A stretch of 64,000 bases of DNA from Basidiobolus meristosporus CBS 931.73 (lineage: Eukaryota > Fungi > Basidiobolomycota): contig MCFE01000087.1 in assembly GCA_002104905.1 (NCBI GenBank), positions 113,290 to 177,289 of the forward strand. Reading direction: 5' to 3'. A program made the translations under genes and the position numbers. The notes under the pieces were generated by a model. The model saw only the letters and a list, made by a program, of their open reading frames with translations, ran no database searches and had not been told where the DNA came from. Every line of letters starts with the position of its first letter. Positions within the stretch are counted from its first letter, which is position 1. Shown piece by piece: positions 22,485 to 35,875 of this stretch.

Positions 22485-24236
22485 ATGAGCCCTAACTCAC
22501 TAATAGAAAGACACCATATCTCCCCCTGTTACATCGCACGACTTCCACAAGAGATCCTAGACTGCATCCTTGTCTACCTGAGGGAAGACATCACCGACCT
22601 GTGGTCTTGCTGTTTAGTGAACCGTCAGTGGAACCGCTCTTCCACTCCTGAGCTATGGCGCACTCCGGTCTTCTCTTCACAGAAGGCAATACGCGCGTTC
22701 AAACAGATCGTGACAACCAACATCAAAGGTATGATTGACGCTCGTTTTCTTATCATCTTCAACCTGGGCTAATGATACTCCCTGTGAATAGTGGCTAGCC
22801 TGGTAAAGGAGTTTGCCTTTGATGAGTATCGTTATCAAATCCGACCCATTGCTCGGGTTGAGGAGTTGATTCACTGCTTGCCAAATCTAACGTCCATTCG
22901 TCTGCCTCCCGTAATCCCACTTTTCCGGCCGAATTCCCTGCTCTCGTTTGTTTCTCATTCATTGCCCAGTATCAGGAGCTTGGGGTACCGTGACAAAAGA
23001 ATGGATCCCAACGAAATTGTAGAGGACCTGATCCGTGTGCTTGACGGGTGCCAGGATCTGGAGCATCTGATACTTGATTTCGAGGAGATCAAGCCGTTCC
23101 GCGAGGCCACTCTGGAAAAACTCCGAAGCTTGCCACCGATCGCTTCGTTGACATCGTTGGACGTGTGGAGTTACAGTGTCAAGGAGAACTTCTTCAGCTC
23201 CTTGTTTTTCTTGACACCCAACCTGAGCAAGATCTCCTTCACCACAACTCGGATCCCCATCGATGTCGTGAACCAAGTAATCAAGTATTGCCCAAAATTA
23301 ACCTCACTTCGGATCAAGTTTTTATACTCCGAAGAGATGGATCATAGATCAATGCAGCTGCTCTGCCACTGTCTCATCGATGGGTTCCGTGGAAGACTCA
23401 CCGAGCTAGGCCTCTCGTTTTTCAAAGACCCGAACATTCCCCAGGAGCTCTTGAGCCTGCTATGGGAATCGTCCCAGTGTCAGTGGGAAATTCTAAGCTT
23501 ATCCAACTTCATAATTTCCACACAGGCATTGATGCATTTGTCCGAGTGTATCACCAGCAAGCTTCGTGTGTTGGATATGTGCAATGTTATGGGCTCTGCT
23601 CCCCAGGATGTTAAGGCCTGGGACGCTCTGCTTGCGCAGTGCGGCTCGAATTTGTCTTCATTGTTCGTTGGTGGGAATTCTAGCCTTGACGACAGCATAG
23701 GCCAGATAATTGCGAAGCATTGCAAGAAACTTGAGAAGCTGTCGTTGAGAAACACCTCGGTCACCGATAAGACTGTAGTTGAGATAGTGAAAAACTGTGG
23801 GTCGACACTCTGCTATCTAGACTTGAGTGGAACCGCAACCGGCGTGGACACTATCAACACCATTTGCCATTCTTGCTGGTGCATAAGAGATCTCATTCTC
23901 CAGCGACCACTTTCTAGACTTGATGAATGCATGGATGGAACTATATTAATCCCCCTCATACAGAACCACGGGTCACGTCTCAGGCGGCTAAACATATACT
24001 CTTGGCGAATCTCTGACCAGGTTCTGGACACCTTCGCCACCTTTGGGAAAGGGATTCGTGAGCTCACCTTTATGAACAACCGGTATTTATCGGATGAAAA
24101 TCTTCGTGGAATGTTGGAAAAATGTCGGAAGCTTCGTAAGCTCTATATCTTTCCACCGTTCTGCCCGAAAGATAGCACAGCGTTTAGTTTGGAACTACTT
24201 GAAGAGATTCAAGAAAGATGTATCGATTACATATAG
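22485..24236 (+). CDS. F-box / leucine-rich-repeat protein, 2 exons
   Basis: F-box-like IARLPQEILDCIL..LWSCCLVNRQWN..LW. RNI-type LRRs such as CKKLEKLSLRNTSVTD and LCYLDLSGT. Intron ~22729-22791. Confidence 0.85.
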
Positions 24237-25211
24237 GAAGCTCTTCTGTATACTTGTTTGTCTATTTTATATTACCATTATTCATTGTATGTATACCACC
24301 CCGATACCCTTCTAAAATACCAAGATTATAGAAACCTCTATGCAATAACACAACGTCACTCCATATCAAGCGCTGTTTCTAAATGCCACGACAGCTAGGA
24401 CTATTTGCGTCTCACATGCTGATACAATATTTCACTAATAGCAAGGAGCTTCCCAAAAACATTCCCTACCTGTTACACTCTCTCTGGAGAAAATGACCCG
24501 TACGCTGGTGCACGCATTGTTACATGATTGCTTAATTAGCGTCCAGGGAATATATAGCATATCAATGAGCACATGTTCTATTGGGTTACTACTATGGCCA
24601 ATTTAGCTGGCACCAATGGTGTTAGAAGCAATAGTATAAACCGATTTATTGATTTATGTCTCACAGTGAGCCCACTTCCATCAAGTGACATTGCGAAATT
24701 TCCAGTTTCTCTATGCTTGTATGCTCAGAAATCCGCGTCAAGGGTAAATGCGGGTTTTTAAAATGATCCCAAATGAAAAGGGGCTAAAGGGATGTACACG
24801 TAAGGGGAAGAAAGGGCAGGGCAGCATAGCTCTGAGTGTTTCCAAGGATTGCTGTGTGGATTTGTATCCCTATCAATTTCAATGCCACAAATATATCGAT
24901 CGATTACTATTGTCAACATTGCCATCAAAAAGAAGTCCAACTTCCTTACTTTTGATGACGCACAAATTGATGTAGTATTCAACCATTGGTCGATATCCCA
25001 GCAACGTACAACTTGTTTCCGTTCGTCACCCCCGGGCCCATTTAGGGGCTAAGCTTGGCTTTTCAGCGAAATCTTTTAATTAGCACCCAGCCACTCAATT
25101 CTCTTCAGTTACAATCGCTTTGCTTCTTTCTTTCCGACCCGTCTGACCTTACCTTTACTTTAGTACCTGTACCTCTAACCCTTATACTACACCTTAATTT
25201 ATTCCAACACT

Positions 25212-26838
25212 ATGGTAAGTTCCTATGCCGGTACTCTCTTCGTAGCCTGCTCCTAAACATTGGTCTCTTGTCAGGATGAACAATATGATGTTATCGTTCT
25301 CGGCACTGGTTTGACCGAATGTATCTTGTCTGGCCTGTTGTCTGTTGAGGGCAAAAAAGTCCTACACATGGACAGAAATGACTATTATGGAGGAGAGAGC
25401 GCAAGTTTGAACTTGAACCAGGTATGCTACCGCTCAATGCGTTTGCTATTGATGGGTTCTAACCCAGTTTTCTTAGTTATACAGAAAATTCCGGGATGGA
25501 AAAGAACCCCCATCTGAGTTGGGCCGGGAACGTGATTATAACGTCGATTTAACCCCCAAGTTTATGATGGCCAATGGAGAGCTTGTCAAAGTCCTTACTC
25601 ACACTGACGTTACACGCTACCTTGAATTTAAACAAATCTCCGGATCCTACGTCTATGGTGAAGGGAAAATCTACAAAGTGCCCTCCAGTGAGGTCGAGGC
25701 GGTGACCAGCTCATTAATGGGCCTCATGGAAAAGCAGAGAGCCAAGAAGTTCTTTGAATTTATGCAAAACTGGAAAGATGAAGATCCTTCCACTCACCAT
25801 GGTACGCAGGCATTGATCATCTGGTTGAGAGCATTGACAATTTAAATATTTTCCTTATTAGGCCTCGACCTTGACACAAACACAATGGCTGAAGTGTTCG
25901 CTGAATTTAAGTTGGAACCTGCTACTCAGGAGTTCATTGGGCATGCTTTGGCCTTGTATCTTGATAACGAGTAATGATTGGTTGATTCGGATTTGTTATC
26001 ATGCAGGAGCTAATGACTATTTCAAACCTTATTAGATACTTGAAGAAACCGGCACGTGAGGCATATGAACGCATCGTTCTTTACATGTCTTCTATGGCAC
26101 GCTATGGAAAGAGTCCTTACATCTATCCATTGTACGGTTTGGGAGAGCTTCCACAGGGCTTTGCTAGATTGAGTGCTATTTATGGCGGAACTTACATGTT
26201 GGATAAAAAGGTCGAGGAGGTTGTATGTGAAAACGGCGTATTCGTCGGGGTTAAGTCTGGTGGAGAAATTGCTCGTGCCAAACAAGTCATTGGTGACCCA
26301 TCCTACTTCCCTGACAAAGTCCGTAAGAGTGGCAAAGTAATCCGTGCCATCTGCTTATTGAAGCACGCTATTCCAAACACAGGGGACGCTGATTCCGTTC
26401 AGATTATCATTCCACAAAGCCAAGTGCAACGTAAACACGGTAAGCCTCTCACTATCCGTCGGATCCGATCACTACGTATAAATGCTGATTGTTCTCGTGA
26501 TAGATATATACATTGCCTGCGTTAGCTCAGCGCATAAGGTTTGCCCGAAGGATCATTACCTTGCCATTGTATCCACATTGGTTGAAACAGACAACCCGGA
26601 GGAGGAGATCAAGGCCGGTTTAGACCTTCTTGGCCCTATCACCGAGAAATTTGTAACCATCTCAGACCTTGAAGAGCCCGTCGAGGATGGCACCAAATCC
26701 AATATATTCATCTCTCGCTCCTACGATGCCAGCACTCACTTTGAAAGTGTATATGACGAGGTGAAGGATATCTACAAGCGTATCACCGGACAAGACTTGG
26801 TACTGAAGAAGAGAGTGAGGGAAGAGGAGCAGGCCTAG
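25212..26838 (+). CDS. GDI1: Rab GDP-dissociation inhibitor, multi-exon (first exon is only ATG)
   Basis: [65 protein letters not shown] and [11 protein letters not shown]. Confidence 0.96.
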
Positions 26839-27615
26839 GCCATTCATCACCATTGTCTCATTTGCATTTGATGGAATCCTAGTCTTTCCTGAACCCCTAT
26901 TCAACAGATATGTAAAGTGGGAAATGGCTCGAAATTTCTCTTTCAATTGATTAATACGTGTTTATCCGACGAATAAAATCTAATCTTTGTTACTACATCT
27001 GCACGATACGACATGGTAGGGTGCGTAAGAACATGCGCGCGAGCTCTCAGAGATATCACCGTTGCACATGGAGATTTAGGCACGTTTCAAGGCAAATTGT
27101 GGAGTTAAGGTTGTGTCAATAGCTTGATGATACATGTCGGAAGGATATGGAAGATCGGACAAATGAATGGATCGTTAAACGGTAAGGAATCCACGGGGTT
27201 TCCTTAAACAGCCTGCAGCAAAGAATGCCATACGAATCCCTGTACGGCACATTATCTCTGATACATGCAACCCTGGGCAACCCTTTCCAACACCAACAGA
27301 TAAAAGAGCCATTTGTTTCCCTACGATGACATCAAGTTGGATTCTATTCATCCCTGAGTTCCTTGGATTGGTTCCATTCTTTGAATTGTTTGTAGCAAGA
27401 ATAGAGTCTTGTGAGAAGGGTTTGATTGGTGGTTGCTGAACATGCGCAGATCTCTAACGAAGGAATATAAATTGACCACCTCTACGCGTTCGGATTGATT
27501 TTCCCAAACCCCTATTGACCACCCTGAATTGCCCAGCCGTAGGTAACTCTTTACTTGATGCTGTTCAGTAACCGTCTTTAACCGCCCACTCCTACCTTAA
27601 ACTAGTCCGCCCAGC

Positions 27616-28410
27616 ATGTCGAGCTGGACTCATATCTTATTATTAACCGTGTTGGCCATCTCGTCTGCGAGACCGGCAGTCTTACCGATAAAACCCACCA
27701 ATGCGCCCCTATCCCTCAGCAGCCATGTCTCCCCCATTGCATTACCTAGCCCTTCCACCATCTCTCACTCTATCCCTTCGGTGGAAAAGCCTACTCCCAC
27801 GCCATCAACCTCGACCACTACTACACACCCTGCTCCCACGCCCGTCACCACAAATCTACCAAATATCACCGACTCGCTCCACCTGCCCGCACCGGAAATA
27901 TCCACGGGAGCTCCCAGCCAGAGTTCCTCGTCAATTCCTCTAACCGACTCCACCCCGGCTCCAGCCTCTACTCCCACCCCCACCTCCACCGTCTTGGAAT
28001 CCAGCACTCACTCGGAGTTGTCCGCATCCACTACCCACAGCAGCAGTAGCAGTAATAGTGGCAGCAGCGGGAGTGCGCCCGCAGCAATCAAAAAGCCCTC
28101 GATCGTCACGAAGGTCGCCATCCCAACGCCGCCGAGTTCTCTCAATGAGGACACCGAGCGGGCAAGCCATGCCAACGACGGGAACAACCGGTCCTTGATG
28201 GCTGCGGGAATCTCCGTGGGGGTCATAGTGTTTCTGGCCTCGGTGGGTATCTTCATCTTCCGAAAGTGGAAGCTCTCGCCATCGCACCGGTTCCGAACGA
28301 AACTGGAGGAGGGCAAACCGTACCTCCAGCTACCGTCACGGACCGGGTCGAGACGGGACCTGGTGACCAGCGACCAGGGCTCGGAATTCCTTAAGGAGTT
28401 GCATTCTTGA
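27616..28410 (+). CDS. Ser/Thr/Pro-rich single-pass membrane protein (mucin- or Mid2-like cell-surface protein)
   Basis: Signal peptide MSSWTHILLLTVLAISSA, a long S/T/P-rich ectodomain, TM AAGISVGVIVFLASVGIFIF, then basic RKWK and a short cytoplasmic tail. Confidence 0.75.
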   Translation: MSSWTHILLLTVLAISSARPAVLPIKPTNAPLSLSSHVSPIALPSPSTISHSIPSVEKPTPTPSTSTTTTHPAPTPVTTNLPNITDSLHLPAPEISTGAPSQSSSSIPLTDSTPAPASTPTPTSTVLESSTHSELSASTTHSSSSSNSGSSGSAPAAIKKPSIVTKVAIPTPPSSLNEDTERASHANDGNNRSLMAAGISVGVIVFLASVGIFIFRKWKLSPSHRFRTKLEEGKPYLQLPSRTGSRRDLVTSDQGSEFLKELHS

Positions 28411-28619
28411 GGGGAGGGGAGATGTATTAATCCAGTAATTAGTTTATTATTTGTCATCGGCTTTGTATAAATAGATTAATCTCTAGAGTAGATAGCAGCA
28501 GCAAGAAGGTTGGGATGGGCGGTGGTGTTTGATTTGCAATAAATCCCATCCAATGGTTGGTTCCGTTCATGGACATCAAACGTCGTCTATTATTTAACAG
28601 TAAGAATCAGCACGTCGGC

Positions 28620-30258
28620 CTAGTTGGTGCGCGGCTTCTTGGCCGCGTCCTTCTTCGACGAGCGTTTTCTCTTCTTCTCTTCCGAGCGAGTGGTTTTCTG
28701 CTTCAGCTTACGGATCTCCTGTTTGGACCCGAAGTGGCTGTCGTGGAGATGCATGGTGGCCATCCGTTTGGCCGCCGATACTTCGTTGAGGATCTCCAGA
28801 ACCTTGGTCTCCGACACCTTGTATTCCTCTAGCTGTTTGTTGATTCGAGCCTCGATGTTGTGGACCAGCGAGATGTCTTTCTCCGTCACCAACGATACGG
28901 CCCTACCCCCACGACCAGCTCTGGCGGTACGACCGACACGATGAATGTAATCCGTCGGATCCCGCGGGAGGTTGTAATTGAGGACAAGCTGAACCGTGGG
29001 AATATCCAGACCACGAGAACCAACATCGGTCGCAATCAGGATGGGCACCACGCTGCTACGGAATTTCCCGAGACTGTTCAACCGCTCGTTCTGGTTCATC
29101 ATCGAGTGAAGCCCTGTGCAACGAATACCAAGCTCCACCAACATCGACCGAATGGTTTCGGCGGTCTGGCAACGGCCAACAAAGATGATGGTGCTCTTGT
29201 CCTTCAGCTCTTCCGACTGTAACAGATGGACCAGGTACGCCTCTCGGACGTACGAAGGCAAGAAGACGTAGTTCTGAGTCAAAGTGGAGACGGTGGAAAT
29301 GCGGCTGTCACATTCGTAGATGTGAGGGTTCTTGATCAACCCGTCCTCCGCCTTCTTCATCTCCAAGATCTCCTCTGTCATGGTGGCTGTGTAGAGCAAG
29401 GTTTGACGTTTTTGGTTGATGTTCTCGAAGATCGTCTCGAGGTCTGGTTTGAAGGTAGGGTCGAGCAAACGATCAGCTTCATCCATCACAAGGAACCGCA
29501 GGCGTTTGAAGTTATTCGTGTTGGCGCTGCTGAGCATATGATCGGCCAATCTACCGGGGGTGGCAATCACGATGTGAGGCTTGCGGGCAAGTTGGAGTGC
29601 TTGTGCCATCATGTCCATGCCACCAACACACACGCAGATCTTGAGGTTGATTCCCTTACCTAAGACCTCGAATTGCTCGGCGATTTGGAAAGCCAACTCT
29701 CTGGTGGGAGTCAGAACCAACCCAAACACACCATAGGGATCTTCGGATAGTTTTTGAAGAATGGGGAGTGCAAACGCGGCAGTTTTACCGGAACCGGTCT
29801 TGGCGCCACCAATGACATCTCTACCTATACGCGATGGTTAGATTGAAGCGAACTCGTGAAGGTCTTGGAAGAAACTTACCAGCAAGGATTTCGGGAATTG
29901 TGGCACGCTGAATCTCGGTGGGCGAGGTAATGGCCATAGCACTTAAGGCACGAATCAACCAGTTATCAATGCCCAGGGATTCAAAGGTTTTCTTTTGTTG
30001 TAGTTCGGCAGGGAGAGACTCTTCCTCGTCCTCTTCCTCCACTTGTTCGCCTTCGTCCTCCCCATTTTCCACCTCGTTGTTACTCTCCTCTTCCCCGTCG
30101 TTCTCTTCACCCGCCTCCTCCTCCGATTGAGAAGGCTCTGAATCGGACTTCGTCTCTAGCTCCTCCTGCTCAGAAGCCTCTACCTCCTCAGGCTCAGAGC
30201 TATCCCACTCCTCTTCCGAATCGATATTGTCCGGGACTTGGGCACTTTTTTTCACCAT
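28620..30258 (-). CDS. DBP8: DEAD-box RNA helicase, Dbp8/DDX49 family
   Basis: Acidic N-terminus, Q-motif FESLG..TEIQ, GAKTGSGKT, DEAD, YTAT, RGLDIP and HRVGRTARAGR. One intron ~29823-29877. Confidence 0.9.
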
Positions 30259-30816
30259 ATTTCCAACTTCTTTCCAAGATACGCAACCAACCGAAAGCAA
30301 GACTACTCCAGGTGGACGTGGATTGTGCCAGACGATCGAGCCGACCATATCGTCGCTTTCCACAGGGCCGAAATTTTTTTTCCTTAAAAAAAAACTCTGC
30401 AGATCCTGATCCCCCTCGCTCCTGATCATCTGGATCCGGGTTTGGAGATTCATTGGGGGATTGCGCGCTGTGAAACCTAGGGGGCTCAGCTCATCCTGAT
30501 GTTCATGTGAGCCCTCCACCAACCTACCACAAGGCTTGGCAGTCCAATCATTATCACAATAACTCGAATGAAGATGACAGTGAAGCCACCATTACGTGAC
30601 ATGCACCCACATTACATAATGATCTTCAACGCGAGTCAGATTTATTAAATTTTCCTGGAGTTTAATGGGACGAGGATTACTGTACAGGGAGTATGAGAAT
30701 AGCAAGGTGCTCATGGCAATGCTTCCATATATCGATAATATAGCGATGGCAATGGGGCGAACGTTCTATGATACACGAGTGAAAGGAGGCTGGCTGTTGG
30801 GGGGGGGGAGATCTCC

Positions 30817-32040
30817 TCAGTGTTTACCACCACTGGTGTTTCGTTTCAGTTCCATTTCCTCGGTGAAGTGTCGATGGTGCCCTTTGGAAGACTCACAATT
30901 ATCGCATACTTCGATGCTTTTGAACCATTCATCTTCCAGGATCTCCTCCATGGTGATGCGCTCCGCGGGATTTGGCTCCAGTATGCGCATGAAAAGCTCT
31001 CGACACCCTGGCGGCAGCTTGTTGAGAGGCTCATATGTGCCGAGGCGTCGAAGCTCCAGGTAGTTTTTGTAATTGGGGTCGTTCTTCGTGGCGGTTCGGA
31101 ATGGGATTCCGCGATACAGCATGGCGTAGTAGACGATCCCACAGGCCCAGATATCCACCTCACGCGCGTCATACTCTTTGTTGGTGAACGCCTCTGGGGC
31201 TATGTAAGGCTCAGAGCCACATATACCACGGGAAAGATGGGCCTGACGTTCCCAGCACATCCTGAATACGTCCGACACGCCGAAATCGGTGATCTTCAGG
31301 TGACCGTTGTAATCGAGGAGTAGGTTCTCCGGCTTGATGTCTCGATGGGCAACACCCATCGAATGAAGGTAGGAGACACCTTGAATCAGCTGTTTGAAGC
31401 AGCAGTTGATCTCGGTGGTTGACATGGTTCCGTTTTTAATCACGTTGTAAAGATCTCCACCCGGACAAAACTCCATCACCTCGCACCACTGTTCGTTCTC
31501 GTCCAGGACAAGGTCCACCGTCTCCACCACGTTGATGTGGTGCAAAGAGGAAGATATGCAGAATTCTGAGGTTAGCTTCTTGACGTATTCCCGTTCCCCT
31601 TCATCCTTTCTACGACGACGGAACGACTTCACCGCATATAACTTGTCACCGTTGGTCGAGTCGATCTTGTGGGCAAGACGGACAACCGCCGTCGCACCTC
31701 GTCCGATACATCCTTTGTCGCAGATGTATTTCTTGTTGAGGTAGTTGTCGCGCTTCCCGCACGAGCGTTTACTCTCCCCGCTTTCGGAAGGAGTGGGCGA
31801 GTTGAAAATGCGCTGCAGGAGGTTCGGCTTACTCTGTTCCGAGTCCGATTCGTCGGAATAGGTGTTGTCGTTGTCAGGCTCGGGAAGTGGGAGGGAAAAA
31901 ACATTGCTGGGGGTGGATTTTGGGAAAGGGGACTTCTCCCCACGCGGTGCCGGAGTTTCTCCGAACAGTCCTGGCTCCGCTCTGCGCCGGACGTTCGAAT
32001 CCATCGCAGGAGCCCAAAAATCAGGAGAGAAGGTGACCAT
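30817..32040 (-). CDS. Ser/Thr protein kinase, fungal Hal/Sat4/Hrk1/Npr1 family
   Basis: GRGATAVV, EYVKKLTSEFCISSSLHHINVV, HRDIKPENLL, DFG, GSEPYIAPE and DIWACG. Single exon. Confidence 0.92.
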   Translation of the reverse strand: MVTFSPDFWAPAMDSNVRRRAEPGLFGETPAPRGEKSPFPKSTPSNVFSLPLPEPDNDNTYSDESDSEQSKPNLLQRIFNSPTPSESGESKRSCGKRDNYLNKKYICDKGCIGRGATAVVRLAHKIDSTNGDKLYAVKSFRRRRKDEGEREYVKKLTSEFCISSSLHHINVVETVDLVLDENEQWCEVMEFCPGGDLYNVIKNGTMSTTEINCCFKQLIQGVSYLHSMGVAHRDIKPENLLLDYNGHLKITDFGVSDVFRMCWERQAHLSRGICGSEPYIAPEAFTNKEYDAREVDIWACGIVYYAMLYRGIPFRTATKNDPNYKNYLELRRLGTYEPLNKLPPGCRELFMRILEPNPAERITMEEILEDEWFKSIEVCDNCESSKGHHRHFTEEMELKRNTSGGKH

Positions 32041-32826
32041 CTTGGCTGGTAAAGGTAGAGAGAGTAGCGAAGAAGGACTGGCTAAATAGAACGGTATAAA
32101 ATAACGATCAGAGGATCCCGTTCAAATCTCAAGTCAAAGAGGGGGGATTCGGTAGAGGAATTTGTTTTGGTCCAGAAATTCTAGGAATTCGTTTTCAGCC
32201 AGGTATTTATCCAGCGGAAAATATGCAGACTCGAATAAACATGGGGATCTCCTCATTGTGAGATCATTCCTCTAAATTCGATATTAACCAACTAATGTGG
32301 TGGGTGATTAAGCCCCTGCGGTGGACAACATAGTAGCTATTTTTCCAAACAACCACATGGAAGGAGTACTCCCCCAATTGGATTCACGCCAGACACCAGC
32401 CAGAGTTTGGAATTCTTTTTATCCGCGAAAGGTAGTGGGATCATAATAGCGATTTGCAGAATGATATGGTATCTGCAATCTGCGTAGCCAGCGATTGTTC
32501 GTGATTGCTCACAATGGGGATAAGGTTAACTTCGCCAAGAACAGGTTGGAGGCAGAGGGTATTGGGGTGGGCTTCTTTCGATGGTTTTTGCATAGCTGGC
32601 AAATAGGGGGCACTGGGAAATTGCCACTCTGGTTCTAGACTGATCGCCATGAAATCCCCGTATTCGCCATTGAAATGGTCGAGCAAATGAACCCCCATAT
32701 TTACCTTTGGAAATAGTGTCCCATAAGAATTCTACTTTTCACCACACTGATTAGAGATTTGATTATTTCCTTATTTCCAAAAGCTACACAAGCATACAAG
32801 CGGAGTAGCTATTTGGCCCTGGTAAA

Positions 32827-35074
32827 ATGTATACTCATTTGAACGCTTCGAAGCGTGGCATCCCACGCTCTTGTCAAGGCAGGGTTTCTTCTCAGCAGCT
32901 GCGACGCCTGCCACATGTCTCGTTAAATCGACTTCGCTCAAGTCGACTTGGCGTTGGCCTTCGAAGCATATCTACAACGATAGAGAACACCTCGTGTCGA
33001 AGCTTGTCCACACTACCAGGCGTTCTGGACATTTCGGAGAAAGTGGATTTCTGGAAGGAAATTATGCAATTAGAGCGTCAAGCGGCTGGCGATGCCAAAG
33101 AGCTCGTCGAAGTGGTCAAAGAGAAGCGGGAGAAGGGCGGCCTGGGGAAACTGCTGGCCTTGTCTAGCCCAGACCTTCCGAAATTATTCGGTAGGTGAAA
33201 GCAGTCTACTATGCCCTCGATAAGTTGATGTGGTTTTGCAAACACGCTTTCCTAACACGCTTATCTTACCTTTACAGCCGGTGTACTCTGTATGTGCACT
33301 TCCTCAGCAATCACACTGGTAAGCGTTCGCTTGACGCACCCCCTCCCTTCACGGCCAAGTCACTAAACACCTATCAACAGTCTGTGCCCTACCTTATAGG
33401 CCGTATCATTGACGTGGTCACGAAAAAAGCCTCGGCCCCTCTTGGCATGACACCAAACCAATTTTTCACTGCGCTGGCCGGGGTTTTCGTACTCGGCGGG
33501 CTCGCTAACTTTGGACGCGTGGTAACTTTGAAGCTAGCTAACGAAAAAATCACAGCACGTCTTCGAACCAGCCTCTACCGTAGCATTATGGGTCAGGAGA
33601 TCGCGTTCTTTGACGCCACACGTAGCTCCGACTTGGTCAGTCGGTTGACACTAGATACCACCGTGGCAGCTAAGACAGTAACCAGCAACGTGTCTGATGG
33701 ATTGAGGGCCTTGGCTTCGGCCTTTGTGGGCTTTGGTATGATGTCCTATATTTCACCGAAGCTTTCCTTGACCATGATGGGATTCGTCCCTCCGTTCGCC
33801 GTCGGTGCAGCCATGTACGGCAGACGGGTTAAGAAGCTTTCCCGCTCCACCCAGGATGCATTGAGCGATATCAACGTGACGGCGGAGGAACGCATCAGCA
33901 ACATCCGTACCGTTCGCGCCTTCACCAAAGAGAAGGCGGAAGTCGAGCTTTACGAAAACCAAGTCAACGGGATCCTGACGCTGGCCAAAAAGGAGGCCTA
34001 CGCCAGTGGAATCTTTTACGGGGTCGCCGGAATGTCTGGGAACCTCACGGTCTTGGCGGTGCTCTCGATGGGGGGAACCATGGTGCTGAACAACGAGATC
34101 ACCATCGGCGCACTGTCTTCTTTCCTCATATACACCGCGCACGCGGGTTATTCCATGATGGGACTGGCCTCTTTCTTTGCTGAAACCATGAAAGGTTTAA
34201 GTGCGTGCACCAGGCTCTTCCAGTTGCTGGAGCGTAGACCAGAGGACCTGGTCAATGGGCAACAAACCATCCCCAACCTCCAAGGAAAGATCGAGTTCGA
34301 CAATGTTGACTTCGCCTATCCCACTCGACCAGACAATCAAGTGTTCAAGCAACTTAATTTCTCCCTCGAGGCCCACTCGGTGCTGGCCGTTGCCGGTGCC
34401 TCTGGCGCTGGTAAGACAACCATCGCCTCACTTTTGCTACGCTTCTACGACCCCGAGAACGGGTCAGTCAAGATCGACGGAGTGGATCTGAAGGAGTTGG
34501 AGCTTCACTGGTGGCACAATCAAATCTCCATCGTCAGTCAAGAGCCGGTTCTGTTTGCCAGCACCATCCGCGAAAACATCCGCTACGGCAAGCCAGACGC
34601 GCAGGATTGCGAGATCGAGGAGGCCGCCAAAATCGCCAACTGCGGGTTTATCGAGGAGTTCCCAGATGGCTTAGACACCTACGTCGGAGAGCGTGGGGTT
34701 GCATTAAGTGGCGGACAAAAGCAAAGGTAATTGGATCGCAGGGCCATACCAAGCCATCAACTAACCGATCGTATCCCTTCGATAGAATCGCCATCGCCAG
34801 AGCACTCCTGTGTAATCCCGCTATCTTGGTCTTGGACGAAGCTACCAGCGCTTTGGACAGCGAGAACGAAAAGCTGGTTCAGGAGGCACTTGATCGGCTC
34901 ACCCGTAATCGTACAGTGATCACCATCGCCCATCGCCTCTCCACACTTAAGAATTCCGATGTCGTGATTTGTCTCGAGCATGGACAGATAGCCGAGATGG
35001 GCACTTACGAACAGTTGGTTGCCCATGAGGGTCCCTTCAAGAAATTGATTGAAGGCCAAATATTGGAAGTGTAA
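32827..35074 (+). CDS. MDL1: mitochondrial ABC half-transporter, Mdl1/ABCB10 family
   Basis: Presequence-like N-terminus, TMD motifs ([21 protein letters not shown]), Walker A GASGAGKT, signature LSGGQKQR and Walker [13 protein letters not shown]. Multi-exon. Confidence 0.92.
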
Positions 35075-35318
35075 CTAAACGGTAGAGCAAAAACCATCGT
35101 AAATTAATGAAACCCCCCAAATAAACTTCATCTGGTATTTCCGCGCAATCTAGCCAGCATCTCTACCATGCCGCAGCGGGCGCATACCTAATAGAATGGC
35201 TAGCTTATGAACTGCGCAAACAGGGTGATTCACGTTTAATGGGTTTACTGAATGATTCATGTTGATGGGGTCACTAGTCAACCATTCCAATCGAGATATA
35301 CAACACATGCAGTAGGGA

Positions 35319-35624
35319 TCAATCCTCATGCGCAACATTTCTGCGAACCGAGTTTGAGACATCCTCGGTGGATTTTGGAAGTTTCGAAGAGCCATTCGAA
35401 TCGGATGCTACAGGGGTTTCCACGGAGCTCTTGGTGGACCGGTTGTCGGATGTTTGGGGAGCTTGGTCGTTGGCGGATTCTTGTTTCTTTTTGGGATCTT
35501 CTGACCCATGATTGCCGTATCCTGAATAGCTCATGCTACGGAGGACCATCCTCGAGGTCCTTGGGGTGTTGAGGGCACGTAGAGCAATGTTGGTTGTCAG
35601 CATTGTGTTGGGTTGGTCGAGCAT
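35319..35624 (-). CDS. small hypothetical protein with a mitochondrial-presequence-like N-terminus
   Basis: MLTTNIALRALNTPRTSRMVLRSMSY is Arg-rich and acid-free, followed by a low-complexity S/D/K tail. The likely ATG is at 35603. No family recognised. Confidence 0.5.
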   Translation of the reverse strand: MLDQPNTMLTTNIALRALNTPRTSRMVLRSMSYSGYGNHGSEDPKKKQESANDQAPQTSDNRSTKSSVETPVASDSNGSSKLPKSTEDVSNSVRRNVAHED

Positions 35625-35866
35625 GTGCAGGGTATCCCATTATATACAACTTTTCAGCTATGGATGAGTAACGCAAGCCCTCAGTAAGGTTGGTCAACTA
35701 CATGCCAGCTAACCAAGTGACGAGGTAAATGATGGCATCAATGAGGTAATCTGACAATCGAATCGTAGCTTACATCCACATTACAATCACGAGGGATCGG
35801 ATTCCATGTTTCAGCGTCCGAGAATTCAGGCATGATTCACTCTAGAATCATATCACTTGGAATGGA

Positions 35867-35875
35867 ATCAGATAA
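35867..35875 (+). promoter_or_regulatory. ATCAGATAA, SreA/Fep1-type GATA site between the small ORF and the dual-globin gene
   Basis: Exact match to ATCWGATAA about 270 bp upstream of the globin ATG. It is a single site and could be a chance match. Confidence 0.4.

Noticed and set aside
24240-25200. Short ORFs between the F-box gene and GDI1
   Set aside because: They overlap on both strands, are under 80 aa and lack motifs, consistent with intergenic sequence.
32441-32698. 85-aa minus-strand ORF upstream of the kinase
   Set aside because: No recognisable domain or supporting gene structure. Probably promoter or UTR sequence.
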